Source: an uncultured Verrucomicrobiae bacterium (GTDB lineage: Bacteria; Verrucomicrobiota; Verrucomicrobiia; Limisphaerales; Palsa-1400). From it: 64,000 bases of DNA. The position numbers and the translations under genes are program-made. Numbering within the stretch: position 1 is the stretch's first letter; each line of letters opens with the position of its first letter. Under the pieces are notes generated by a model. It did no database searches, was not told the DNA's origin, and saw only the letters and a program-made list of their open reading frames with translations. The DNA lies in assembly GCA_963702845.1 (NCBI GenBank), contig OY969763.1:2752001-2816000 (forward strand), written 5' to 3'. Shown here in pieces: positions 27,801-37,512 of this stretch.

Positions 27801-29921
27801 AGTTGCAGCGGACGCGAATATTTTGCCAGATCAAACGACGTCCTGAAAATCGGATGTCGTTGGACCAACAGACGCACTGACTCGCGCAATGCCGCATCAT
27901 CAAACGCCATGTTGATCCGGAAGCTAAAGACATCGTGGAAGATCGCGGAGGTCGGATCGTAGTCACTGTGGAACACCATTCCGACCTGCAATTGTGTCAT
28001 CGGATATGCGTCTTCCAAATCCAGCCGGCAACTTCGCCCGATCACTTTCCACGACCAGCGCAAATTTTTCCTTCGTCTGCTGTGCAGCCGTCGAACGCTT
28101 TTCAATCTTCGTCCCCGTAGCTAATTCGCGAATTGTTGGTTTCTCAAACAGGTCTTCGAGCGAAATGTTCAGCCCTTCTTCACCGGCGCGCACAAGCACA
28201 CGGATACTCCGGATTGAGTCGCCGCCGAGTTCGAAGAAGTTATCGTTTACACCGACGTCTTTAAGTCCGAGCACGTCCTGCCAAACTTGCGCGAGAGCTT
28301 TTTCCTCAGCAGTTTGCGGTGCGATGTATTCCTGCGCTAACGTGGGCCGCTGTGAATCGGGCTCTGGCAACGATTTCCAATCGATTTTGCCGTTCAACGT
28401 CAGAGGTAACGCATCGACGAATACGAAGGCTGACGGAATCATGTATTCCGGCAACTGCCGCCCCAACCAACCACGCAGTTCTGATGTCGACACCGTCGCT
28501 TCACCGTTTCGTTTCAAAGCCACGTAAGCAACGAGCCGTTGTTGGTCACCATCGGCTTTGGCCGCCACAGCGCCTTCGCGCACACCTGGATGCTGCAACA
28601 ACACCGTTTGGATTTCCTCCAGCTCGATGCGGAACCCGCGAATCTTGACCTGTTGATCTTTGCGTCCGAGATATTCCAGATCGCCATCCGGCAGGCGACG
28701 GGCCAAATCGCCGGAGCGATAAAGGCGCGCATGCGATTGGCTTGAGAATGGATTCGACACGAATTTTTGTGCCGTCAGCTCCGGTCGCTTCAGATATCCC
28801 GAAGCCACACCAGCGCCGCCCACGCAAATCTCGCCGGGACACCCATTCGGCACCGGTTGCAAATTGTCGTCCAACAAAAACAATTCGAGATCGGGAATCG
28901 GAACGCCGATGACACTGCCGAGTTTTACGTCGAGGTCCTTCTGACGAATTGGACGATATGTCACGTGCACCGTCGTTTCCGTGATGCCGTACATGTTCAC
29001 CAGCGTTGGCTGTTGGTCACCATGGCGCGCAAACCATGGCGCGAGGCTTTGCAGCGGCAACGCTTCGCCGCCGAAAATTACGTGGCGCAAATGCAGGTTG
29101 CGTCCGGCTGATTTGGTCTGAGCGAATTCTTCTTCGACATGGATGAGATTACGAAACGCCGACGGCGTTTGATTTAAAACCGTCACACCTTCGCGTTCGA
29201 GCAGTTCATAGAATTCACTGGGCGAACGGCTCACCAGATACGGAACCACGACCAATCGTCCGCCATAGAGCAGCGCGCCCCAGATTTCCCACACTGAGAA
29301 ATCGAAGGCGTAGGAGTGGAATAAAGTCCACACATCACTGCTGTCGAACCGATACCATTGATCGGTTTGTGTGAACAGTCGAAGGACGTTGTGGTGAGTG
29401 ACACGAACGCCCTTTGGTTTTCCTGTCGAGCCTGACGTGTAGATTATGTACGCGATGTCTTCGCCAGAGGTTTTGGCCTCAGGGTTTTCTGCCGGTTCGC
29501 GCTCAATCGCATCTTTATCGAGGTCGAGACAGATGACGCGTGCCGATGTCTCAGGCAGCGATTTCGCTAGCGCACTTTGAGTGAGAACGACGGGTGCTTC
29601 GGCGTCTTCGAGCATGAAGGCCTGACGCTGCTGCGGATAGGCCAAGTCGATCGGGACATAAGCGCCGCCCGCCTTTAGAACGGCGGCGATGCTGACGACC
29701 ATCTCGACCGAGCGATCAAGGAATAAGGCGACGTGCGTTCCGGATTTAACTCCGGCGCGACGCAGATAGTGCGCGAGTTGGTTCGCGCGCTGATTCAGTT
29801 CGCTATAAGTAAGGCTTTGTCCATCGCAGCTAACTGCAATGCTCTCGGGCCTCGCCGCTACTTGCGCTTCCAATGCCCCTTGTATCGAAGTCGACTCACA
29901 AAACTGCTTCACGCCCCCCAT
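24827..29921 (-). pseudogene. bimodular NRPS A-T-C-A-T interrupted by about seven indels (possibly intact in vivo)
   Basis: A1 YTSGSTGKPKG/YGITE/YRSGD, T1 GGDSI, C HHIIMDG, A2 YTSGSTGKPKG/YGPTE/YRTGD, T2 GGHSL, spread over five or more overlapping ORFs; no TE. Confidence 0.88.
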
Positions 29922-30132
29922 CGTAGAGATTGGGCAACGCCTTTAGAATCAGGGTGAGGCAGTGATTATGCCTTCGCGTTTTCCCCCACTGCGGCGTGCA
30001 AATCTTCGCTAGTTCGCACACACAGGAACACGCATCGAGATGTTTCACCCACCGTCAGAGGAAACCACGATTCGGAATCACCGTTTAATATGTCAAAGAA
30101 CTTCGCCGACGTCTGACGGCACAACGGCACGC

Positions 30133-30306
30133 TCACTTGCTCGCCGTTTTCAAAGAAAGCAGGTACGGCACAGAGCGATTACCGGCGGTGAGGCGAGCGA
30201 GGGCGTCGCGGGTACGAGGGGTATCACTGCGTCCGGCGGCGAGGACGACTGACCAACGGGTGGTGACGAAGACTGTTTTCCTGAGAGCCGGTGAGGTGGA
30301 AGTCAT
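30133..30306 (-). pseudogene. truncated N-terminus of an ECF-type RNA polymerase sigma factor (57 aa)
   Basis: hand translation MTSTSPALRKTVFVTTRWSVVLAAGRSDTPRTRDALARL...; the FxTTRWSxV motif is typical of PVC-group ECF sigmas; region 2 is missing. Confidence 0.7.
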
Positions 30307-30358
30307 GGATCACCTCCTTGCGTCGAACTGGTGCTCCAATCAGAAGTAAGCAAACGGT

Positions 30359-30402
30359 CTCCTCTCCCCCGCCCTCTCCTTCTTTTTGGGAGGAGAGGGA
30401 GA
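30359..30402. repeat. CCCTCTCC...GGAGAGGG palindromic intergenic element
   Basis: CCCTCTCCT (30372-30380) pairs with AGGAGAGGG (30391-30399), preceded by CCTCTCCCCC; downstream of recQ. Confidence 0.65.
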
Positions 30403-30437
30403 AGTAGTCGTGACCGGGGTAGTCAGGTTGCGATTCA

Positions 30438-32270
30438 TTAGTCGGCAAAGATTTGCTTGGCGCTGAATTGGAGGTGGGTTGAGATCTCGTTCATGAACGC
30501 GCGACCGAATTCGTCGAGTTTTTTGTCACCTACGCCACTGATTTGGCTGAATGCGATGGCGTCGGTTGGGTAGTCGCGCGCCATTTGGCGCAGTGAGACG
30601 TCGGAGAAAACGATGTAAGATGGAACGTTGAGTTCGTCGGCAAGGCGTCGGCGGAGCTGGCGGAGCTTCTCGAACAGCGCCTCATCACAACTGATGTCCC
30701 CTACCCTCGATGCCTTTTGTTTTGTTGCGACGGCAATTGGTTTGGTGAGGACGACTTTCCGGCGCTCGCGCAAAAGAGCCCGGCCTTCTTCGGTCACTTC
30801 AACGACGTTAAATTTGTCCATACGCTGACGCAGGTAGCCGAGACGAATTAATTCTCGTCCGATGGCCTGCCATTCCGGGAGTTTGTGTTCGGAACCGATG
30901 TCGAACGTAGAAATTTTTTCATGTCCCCATTTTTTGACTGATTCGGTCTCGTGACCTGTCAGCACGTCGAGGACGTGACGCAGACCTGTGGTGAACCCGC
31001 TGCGCTCCTGAATGCGATAGACGCATGAGAGGACTTTTTGCGCGGCGATAGTGCCGTCAAATGTGTCGCGTGGAGAGAGGCAATTGTCGCAACCGCCGCA
31101 GTTTTCTTGTGCGAAGGTCTCGCCGAAATATTCGAGCAACGACCGACGACGGCAGCCGGAGGATTCGGCGTAGTGGACTATTTGCTGCAACTGCTCGCGG
31201 GCGATGACTTGTTCTTCAGGTGGGCGTTCGTCGATGAACTGGCTGTATTTCACGATGTCGCCGGCGCTGAAATAAAGATGGCATTCGCCGGGCAAACCAT
31301 CGCGACCGGCGCGGCCGGTTTCCTGGTAGTAACCCTCAATATTTTTCGGCAGATCGTGATGGATAACGAAACGGACGTTCGGTTTGTTGATGCCCATGCC
31401 GAAGGCGATCGTGGCGCACATGACGCGGGTTTGATCGCGCAGGAATGATTCCTGATGTTTGGCGCGTTCGTCATTGGCTAATCCGGCGTGATACGGTTTA
31501 GCGGCGATTTTATTTTCGCGCAGTTTTTCAGCAACTGTCTCGGTGGTTTTACGGGCCTGACAGTAAATGATGCCGCTGTCGTTCGGACGGGATTTCAGGA
31601 AATCGAGTATCTGTTCGAAGGTTTTAGACTTCGGGAATATGCGATAGGTCAGGTTCGGACGATTGAAACTGGCGACGTAGCAACTTGGTTCGTGCAGCTT
31701 GAGTTGAGTGACGATGTCGCTGCGCACGCGCGTTGTTGCAGTTGCAGTGAGGGCAAGGAAAGGAACTTTGGGGAATAATTCGCGGAGTTGTGCGAGCTTT
31801 CGATATTCGGGACGGAAGTCGTGGCCCCACTCGCTGATGCAATGGGCTTCGTCGATAGCAATCAGGTTGACGTTCCATTCCTGCAGGTCGCGCAGGAAGC
31901 CGACGAGCATGAGGCGCTCGGGGGCGACGTAGAGCAAACGATAGTGGCCCATGCGCAATTTGCTTAGGCGCTCGCGAGATTCACTGGCTTCTACCGAGGA
32001 ATTCAGGAACGTCGCTGCAATACCGCTCGCTTGCAGAGCGTCGACCTGGTCTTTCATCAGGGCGATCAAAGGAGAGACAACCAGCACGAGGCCGGGACGG
32101 ATCAGGGCCGGCATTTGGAAGCAGAGGGATTTGCCGCCGCCGGTGGGGAGCAACGCGAAAACGTCTTTGCCGGCCAGGACGTCGGTGATGATTTCTTGCT
32201 GGAGCGGGCGGAATCCCGAGAATCCGAAGTATTGTTTGAGTAGCTTGAGCCAGTTCGCGTCCGCGGTCAT
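30438..32270 (-). CDS. recQ: ATP-dependent DNA helicase RecQ
   Basis: LPTGGGKS, DEAHCISEWGHDFRP, ATIAFGMG, QETGRAGRDG, Zn-binding CRR...CGGCDNC, RQC and HRDC domains; start set at MTADAN. Confidence 0.97.
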   Translation of the reverse strand: MTADANWLKLLKQYFGFSGFRPLQQEIITDVLAGKDVFALLPTGGGKSLCFQMPALIRPGLVLVVSPLIALMKDQVDALQASGIAATFLNSSVEASESRERLSKLRMGHYRLLYVAPERLMLVGFLRDLQEWNVNLIAIDEAHCISEWGHDFRPEYRKLAQLRELFPKVPFLALTATATTRVRSDIVTQLKLHEPSCYVASFNRPNLTYRIFPKSKTFEQILDFLKSRPNDSGIIYCQARKTTETVAEKLRENKIAAKPYHAGLANDERAKHQESFLRDQTRVMCATIAFGMGINKPNVRFVIHHDLPKNIEGYYQETGRAGRDGLPGECHLYFSAGDIVKYSQFIDERPPEEQVIAREQLQQIVHYAESSGCRRRSLLEYFGETFAQENCGGCDNCLSPRDTFDGTIAAQKVLSCVYRIQERSGFTTGLRHVLDVLTGHETESVKKWGHEKISTFDIGSEHKLPEWQAIGRELIRLGYLRQRMDKFNVVEVTEEGRALLRERRKVVLTKPIAVATKQKASRVGDISCDEALFEKLRQLRRRLADELNVPSYIVFSDVSLRQMARDYPTDAIAFSQISGVGDKKLDEFGRAFMNEISTHLQFSAKQIFAD

Positions 32271-32416
32271 GGTGGCAGGAGTTAAGCGGAGAGGAGAGGG
32301 AAATGCGAGCAGATAGGTGAACCAGAGAAACTTCAAACTTCAAAAAAGCTTCAATATCCAAGCACGAGCCAAACTGCGTTCGGCGTTATGTTCTATCCAA
32401 TCGTGCGATCGCAATT

Positions 32417-32455
32417 CAAAAGCGCCAGAGGACTGGCGCAGTCCAAAAGCTTCGC
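32417..32455. repeat. REP-like palindrome (GCGCCAG-AGGA-CTGGCGC type)
   Basis: CAAAAGCGCCAGAGGACTGGCGCAGTCCAAAA, 7-bp stem, intergenic. Confidence 0.65.
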
Positions 32456-32467
32456 AATTTCGGCGCG

Positions 32468-32920
32468 TTAGTTGGTCGCCGTGACGCGAGGGGGGGCGTT
32501 GGTGCCGTCTTTGCGATTTGGATGCGCTTTGAGCAGATCGTTGAATTTTTTCTGCTGTTCGGGAGTGAGTTCTTGGCGCATTTCTTCGCGGACACGGCGC
32601 ATTTCATCGCGCATTTGTGGAGAGATTTGTTGCCAGAGCGGACGGGTCCGATCGAGGCTGTCGTGCATGACTTTGTCGATTTTCTGGCGTTGTTCCGGAG
32701 TGAGATCGAGTTGCCGATCCATTTTGTCCAGGAACTCTTTGCGTTGTAATTGCCATGGTGGCGCGCCGGGTGGTGCCGATGCATTTTTAGCTCCAGCCGA
32801 CGAATGGTCGACTCGCGCAGCGCGCGGATGGGCAGTCTTGACCTTAACGACGAGACCGCCGGTCACGACACCGCAACCAAAGATGATCATGGTCGCGAGT
32901 ATGACCTTCCAAGGACTCAC
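32468..32920 (-). CDS. periplasmic Spy/CpxP-like protein (LTxxQ motifs)
   Basis: N-terminal TM; LDLTPEQ and ELTPEQ motifs; third gene of the ECF operon. Confidence 0.75.
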   Translation of the reverse strand: MSPWKVILATMIIFGCGVVTGGLVVKVKTAHPRAARVDHSSAGAKNASAPPGAPPWQLQRKEFLDKMDRQLDLTPEQRQKIDKVMHDSLDRTRPLWQQISPQMRDEMRRVREEMRQELTPEQQKKFNDLLKAHPNRKDGTNAPPRVTATN

Positions 32921-33225
32921 CAGGCCGCGTCCTCAACGTGCTGATTCAGCCCGGCGTAAACGGCCGTTTCGAGATCCTGGGAAAGATCGCCGGTGTCGTT
33001 TGTTGCCAAGTGTGAAAATGACCACACGCCACAGAGCATGGTAATAGCGACGCAGGAGAGTGCGGCGCGCCAGAGGGGTTGCGCCCAAACCGCCCAGATG
33101 TTCAGGGGTGAATGCCCAAGCAGATTCGCCATTACGCGTTTTTCAAAGCAATACGGGACACTTTGCGACGGCGGATTAGCCTTCGCAGCGCTCATCAGTT
33201 TGGTTTGCAGGGCCTCTAAATTCAT
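32917..33225 (-). CDS. putative anti-sigma factor (single TM)
   Basis: VPYCFEKRVMA followed by a TM segment; directly downstream of the ECF sigma; overlaps the next gene by 4 nt. Confidence 0.7.
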   Translation of the reverse strand: MNLEALQTKLMSAAKANPPSQSVPYCFEKRVMANLLGHSPLNIWAVWAQPLWRAALSCVAITMLCGVWSFSHLATNDTGDLSQDLETAVYAGLNQHVEDAAW

Positions 33226-33275
33226 TTCAAAAAGTTAGACGGTTTCGGTTTCATCGGGGTTACACCGAAACCAAG

Positions 33276-33851
33276 CTACAAATATTTCTCTTTGGTCATT
33301 TTAGCCAAGATTTTTTTCATTTCGGCCCGAGCACGAAAAGCCCGCACTTTAACCAACGGGACGGACCAGCCGGTTAACTCGGCAATTTCTTTCACGGAAC
33401 GATCTTCGATTTCCAATAGTGTTATAATCAGACGCGCTGGCGGAGACAATTGTTCCATGACGCGGCCGATTAATTGTTTCGCGGCATCAGCGTGGTCACT
33501 GGCGCCGTCCGGCTCGACTTTGAAACGCTCTAGCCAATCGGTTTCGGGTTCGCTTAGTTCAGTGAATGCGGTTTCGCGATTGCGCTGGTGGGCACGGAGA
33601 AAATCGTAGCAAGTGCGGACCGCGAGGCGCATTAACCAATGTTCAAAAGGTGCTTCAGCGCGGAAACTGCCGAGTTTTTGGAAAGCTTTGATGAAAACCT
33701 CCTGAACAATATCTTCCACTTCGCTGTCACGGCGAGCGTAACGGCGCGCCGTGGCGAAAATGCGTGGCTGATATTTCTGAATCAGCGGCTCGAAACTGGC
33801 CGAGTCGCCCTTGAGGACGGCTGCGATCAGCTCCGCATCGGTCTTATCCAC
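33276..33851 (-). CDS. ECF RNA polymerase sigma factor
   Basis: DIVQEVFIKAF, FEHWLMRLA, SVKEIAELTGWS...KVRAFRAR; GTG start inferred. Confidence 0.92.
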   Translation of the reverse strand: MDKTDAELIAAVLKGDSASFEPLIQKYQPRIFATARRYARRDSEVEDIVQEVFIKAFQKLGSFRAEAPFEHWLMRLAVRTCYDFLRAHQRNRETAFTELSEPETDWLERFKVEPDGASDHADAAKQLIGRVMEQLSPPARLIITLLEIEDRSVKEIAELTGWSVPLVKVRAFRARAEMKKILAKMTKEKYL

Positions 33852-33900
33852 GCCGAGATTAAGGATTAAGAGGCAGCAATTAAGAAGGAAAAAGTGCGCC

Positions 33901-34452
33901 TCAAACGAGGTGGAGTTCCGGTTCGGGAATTTCCTGGCCCGAGTAGTCGAGCTTGCCGTCAATCATTCGCGCGGCACTGGTGAACGGATGTTCCTGGCTG
34001 GAGGTCTTGCCAAGGATGTGAATAACGGTGACACCCCGCGCTTTGAGGTAGTCGGCAATCAGTGCACGATGACAACGCCACCAAACGGCTTCGGCGCACG
34101 TGATAACGGTGCGCTTCTGCTCGGCGAGAGTCATCAAACGTTCGACTCCGCTTTGGAACGTGGGCGTCATCATGAAATCGGCATAACCGCGGAAGGATTC
34201 GTTGCGCCAGGCAGTATTTGGAGAATCGAGGCTTGGGCGTCGTCGACCGCCGAGTTCGGCGAAGTGATGATATTCGATGCCCGATCTTTTCATCGATTTG
34301 AACAACTCCATCTGGCTGAATTGAGGAAATCGACGCGAAACGGCAAAGCGGCGAACATCCGCTAACGCTTCAATATCGTAAGCCTGCAACAGTTCCAAAA
34401 ACTCCTCGGCAGAACGGCGCGAGTGACCAATTGTCCAGATTTCCTGGCTCAT
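33901..34452 (-). CDS. DUF488 family protein
   Basis: IWTIGHS, DVRRF, LGGRR, CAEAVWWRCHR. Confidence 0.92.
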   Translation of the reverse strand: MSQEIWTIGHSRRSAEEFLELLQAYDIEALADVRRFAVSRRFPQFSQMELFKSMKRSGIEYHHFAELGGRRRPSLDSPNTAWRNESFRGYADFMMTPTFQSGVERLMTLAEQKRTVITCAEAVWWRCHRALIADYLKARGVTVIHILGKTSSQEHPFTSAARMIDGKLDYSGQEIPEPELHLV

Positions 34453-34535
34453 ACCCGTCGGTAATATACGCCAGAACGAGCCAAAGCAAACGGGTCGTTG
34501 CCCGCGCGCTAGTTTTCGGCTTCACTTAAACGTCG

Positions 34536-35159
34536 ATGAAATTTGAGCCGTTGCCGCGTTCATTTTATTTGCCGTCCGCCGAGGTGGTTGCGCCAAGATT
34601 GTTGGGGCATTGGTTAGTGAGGCGCTCGCCACGCGGGTTGATGGCGGGACGGATTGTTGAAACAGAAGCGTATTTAATCGCCGATCCGGCGAGCCACGGA
34701 TATGTAGGCGAAACGGCGCGCAATCGTGTGATGTATGGCCCGCCGGGCTTTGTCTACGTTTACCTGATTTATGGTAATTACTTTTGTTTCAATACGGTGT
34801 GCCTCGCGAAAGGGAAAGCTGAGGCGGTACTGGTTCGTGCGGTTGAAGCCGAAATGGGCGAGGACTTGATGCGGGTGAATCGGGCGGTCCAACACGTCGA
34901 GCAACTCACAAATGGGCCAGGGAAACTTTGCGATGCGATGGAAATTACGCGCGAGCTCGATGGGGCTGATTTGTGCAGCGCTTACTCGGCGGTGTTTGTT
35001 GCACGAAATTTCGACTTGGCAGAATACCTGGCTGAACGTGGGCCAATGGTGACGACGACACGAATCGGGCTTACGAAAGCAGCGGAATTGCCACTTAGAT
35101 TTTATTTGGACAAAAGCAGGTTTATTTCGAAGCGAGTCCCAAAACCCCGCGCAAAGTGA
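34536..35159 (+). CDS. DNA-3-methyladenine glycosylase (MPG/AAG family)
   Basis: GRIVETEAY, YVYLIYG, AVLVRA, NGPGKL, RIG. Confidence 0.93.
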   Translation: MKFEPLPRSFYLPSAEVVAPRLLGHWLVRRSPRGLMAGRIVETEAYLIADPASHGYVGETARNRVMYGPPGFVYVYLIYGNYFCFNTVCLAKGKAEAVLVRAVEAEMGEDLMRVNRAVQHVEQLTNGPGKLCDAMEITRELDGADLCSAYSAVFVARNFDLAEYLAERGPMVTTTRIGLTKAAELPLRFYLDKSRFISKRVPKPRAK

Positions 35160-35164
35160 ACAGT

Positions 35165-36124
35165 TCAGTTTGCCGGGGCTGGAACTTTTACCGAGCGCCC
35201 GGCCATCCATTTTGCGGTCGCTTTCATCAAGCCGATGGAAATCATCACGGTGATATGTCCGGAATGGCGGCGCCAAATTTCTGGTTCGCCCCAGGCCTGC
35301 CACAAGTCTTCGACCGTTTCCGCAGGAACAAAACGATCGTAGGTGGCTTCGACGATGAGAATGTTTTGTTTGGCTATTCGCGGGCGGTGGTTGTCCAGAT
35401 TGAACGGCGCCAGATCCATTTTTGCGCCGCGTAGGGCACGGCGAATCGGCGCGACGAAAGCGGTTTCGGCAATCATCCTGTCCATGCGTGCGACGGGCGT
35501 GACCAAAACCGCGGAATGAAATTGTTCGTCGTGACAAACGGTCAGACCAGCGAGCCAGCCACCGAGTGAAATTCCCCAAAGGCTTACCTGCTCGCACCCC
35601 TGCTCTTTCAACCACTCGCGGAGCGCGCGAATGTCGGCGATCGCTTGTTGCGTGGCTTGCACGGTGCGAAGAACGTCGTCGGAGATGAAATTGCGCACGG
35701 CCGCGGGCGGCGCGGGACGACGTTGAAAATGGTAAGGCAATTCCAGAATCACACAGTTCATTCCGATGCGATTAAACTGCCGAGCGAGGAAAGGAAACCG
35801 GAACCGATAGCTGATATCGTCGTTCCATCCGTGCAGCAGGATCACGGTAGGTTTGGACGTCCAGGAATTTCGACAGCGAAAAATCCGGCCGTAAACGACG
35901 TTGTTTTGCACGAACGGAGTTTGGATCGCCGACCGGAACTCGAATCGTCCGTTAGATGCAAAGATAAGCTTGGGCGCGCTGACTTCCGGCGCAAAAAAGT
36001 TCTCACTGTTTATCAACGCTTCGGCGGCGGCGAGCTGCGGATTACACCCCGTCGGAGCGGGCATGCGCGCTGCTGCTGAGCGAATCACCCACGAATCCAG
36101 CAATTTGCAAACTAATGCGTTCAC
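35165..36124 (-). CDS. alpha/beta hydrolase
   Basis: LLHGW, LPYHFQR, GISLGG nucleophile elbow, DRFVP, GH; GTG start inferred. Confidence 0.85.
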   Translation of the reverse strand: MNALVCKLLDSWVIRSAAARMPAPTGCNPQLAAAEALINSENFFAPEVSAPKLIFASNGRFEFRSAIQTPFVQNNVVYGRIFRCRNSWTSKPTVILLHGWNDDISYRFRFPFLARQFNRIGMNCVILELPYHFQRRPAPPAAVRNFISDDVLRTVQATQQAIADIRALREWLKEQGCEQVSLWGISLGGWLAGLTVCHDEQFHSAVLVTPVARMDRMIAETAFVAPIRRALRGAKMDLAPFNLDNHRPRIAKQNILIVEATYDRFVPAETVEDLWQAWGEPEIWRRHSGHITVMISIGLMKATAKWMAGRSVKVPAPAN

Positions 36125-36190
36125 GTGACAGTTTCGAAAAAACAAAAAGCGGGTTGTATTCAACCCATTTAACATTCTATACCAGCAGCG

Positions 36191-36910
36191 ATGATAAACA
36201 AAATGTTTGGGCACACATTGCTCATCGGACTTGTTCTCGGATGTAGCGCAGGGTGCGCCACGAAAGCGTCCTCAGGAGAAGTAGAAGTGGCGCCTGCCCG
36301 ACGGCCAGGCGGCGAAGTGGTTCAGTCGGGTCGCACGAATAGTTGGTCGGCGGATTGGAAGCCGTTGTTCGATGGGAAATCGTTGCGTAATTGGGCGACC
36401 ACGGATTTTGCGGGCGGCATCGAAGCGACGGTCGAGAAAGGCGCGATTCAGATTGAGGCCGGTGCGGAGTTGAGCGGCATCACGTGGACCAATGGATCGC
36501 TTCCAAAGACAAACTACGAACTCGCGCTGGATGCGATGAAGGTGCAGGGCAGCGATTTTTTCTGTGGCCTGACGTTCCCGGTGCGGAATTCGTTTTGTAG
36601 TTTGATCCTTGGTGGCTGGGGCGGATCGGTCGTCGGATTGTCGAGTATTGATGGACTGGACGCGTCTGAGAATGAAACGACGAAGTCGCTCTATTTCGCG
36701 CCGGATAAGTGGTGCCATGTGCGGGTGCGCGTCACGGATAAAAAAATTGAAACGTGGATCGATAACGATTTGATTATTGATGTGCCAATTGAAAACCGAG
36801 AGATCGCAATGCGCTTCGGCGAGATTTATAAGTCGAAGCCGCTTGGGATTGCGACATACACAACAAGCTCTGCGATCAAGAACATCCAACTACGTCTGGT
36901 GAACCCGTGA
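36191..36910 (+). CDS. DUF1080 domain protein, probable lipoprotein
   Basis: lipobox-like SAGC, WKPLFDGKSLRNW, GSDFFCGLTFPV, GGWGG. Confidence 0.85.
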   Translation: MINKMFGHTLLIGLVLGCSAGCATKASSGEVEVAPARRPGGEVVQSGRTNSWSADWKPLFDGKSLRNWATTDFAGGIEATVEKGAIQIEAGAELSGITWTNGSLPKTNYELALDAMKVQGSDFFCGLTFPVRNSFCSLILGGWGGSVVGLSSIDGLDASENETTKSLYFAPDKWCHVRVRVTDKKIETWIDNDLIIDVPIENREIAMRFGEIYKSKPLGIATYTTSSAIKNIQLRLVNP

Positions 36911-37512
36911 TGAAAGCTCCCGAAGAAGGCAGTCTGATTCTGACCGTTTCGATTCTTGAGCGGCTGAAAATCGCCGGGGTATTTCCGAAGGAACAGGCGG
37001 TTGAAGTGGAACTTGGCAGCGGCGATGGCTCGTTCCTGATGCAGTACGCGGCGTTGCATCCAGAGCACAATTTTATTGGGCTCGAGCGGTTGCTTGGGCG
37101 GTTGCGAAAAATTGACCGGAAAGGAAGGCGCGCTGGTTTGCAGAACCTGAGGGCGGTGAGGTTGGAAGCGTCCTATTTTCTCCAATATGTGTTACCGAAG
37201 GATTCTATTTCCGCGATTCACATTTATTTTCCCGATCCCTGGCCGAAACGGAAACATCGCAAGAATCGATTAATTCAAACGGGCTTTTCGGAATTGTGTG
37301 CTGGTGTTTTGACGACGGATGGACGGGTGTATCTGCGGACTGATGATGCCGATTATTTCAAGCAGATGCAGGAAGTGTTCGGAGCGTCTCCGTTGTTCCG
37401 ACAAATTGAGACACCCGAATCGTTAAGCTCAGTTTTGACGGATTTCGAACGCGGTTTCCTCATTCGTGGTGTGCAAACAAATCGCGCCGCGTTTGAACTT
37501 ACACGTCGATAA
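36907..37512 (+). CDS. trmB: tRNA (guanine-N7)-methyltransferase
   Basis: ELGSGDG, YFPDPWPKRKH, RTD, TDFE. Confidence 0.95.
   Translation: MMKAPEEGSLILTVSILERLKIAGVFPKEQAVEVELGSGDGSFLMQYAALHPEHNFIGLERLLGRLRKIDRKGRRAGLQNLRAVRLEASYFLQYVLPKDSISAIHIYFPDPWPKRKHRKNRLIQTGFSELCAGVLTTDGRVYLRTDDADYFKQMQEVFGASPLFRQIETPESLSSVLTDFERGFLIRGVQTNRAAFELTRR

Noticed and set aside
24827..28105. Programmed ribosomal frameshifting in the NRPS
   Set aside because: Too many breaks in mixed directions and no slippery heptamers; the neighbouring unrelated gene is also affected
30306..30319. TGGATCACCTCCTT as a 16S rRNA gene end
   Set aside because: The flanking sequence is not rRNA-like; better explained as a Shine-Dalgarno sequence on the minus strand
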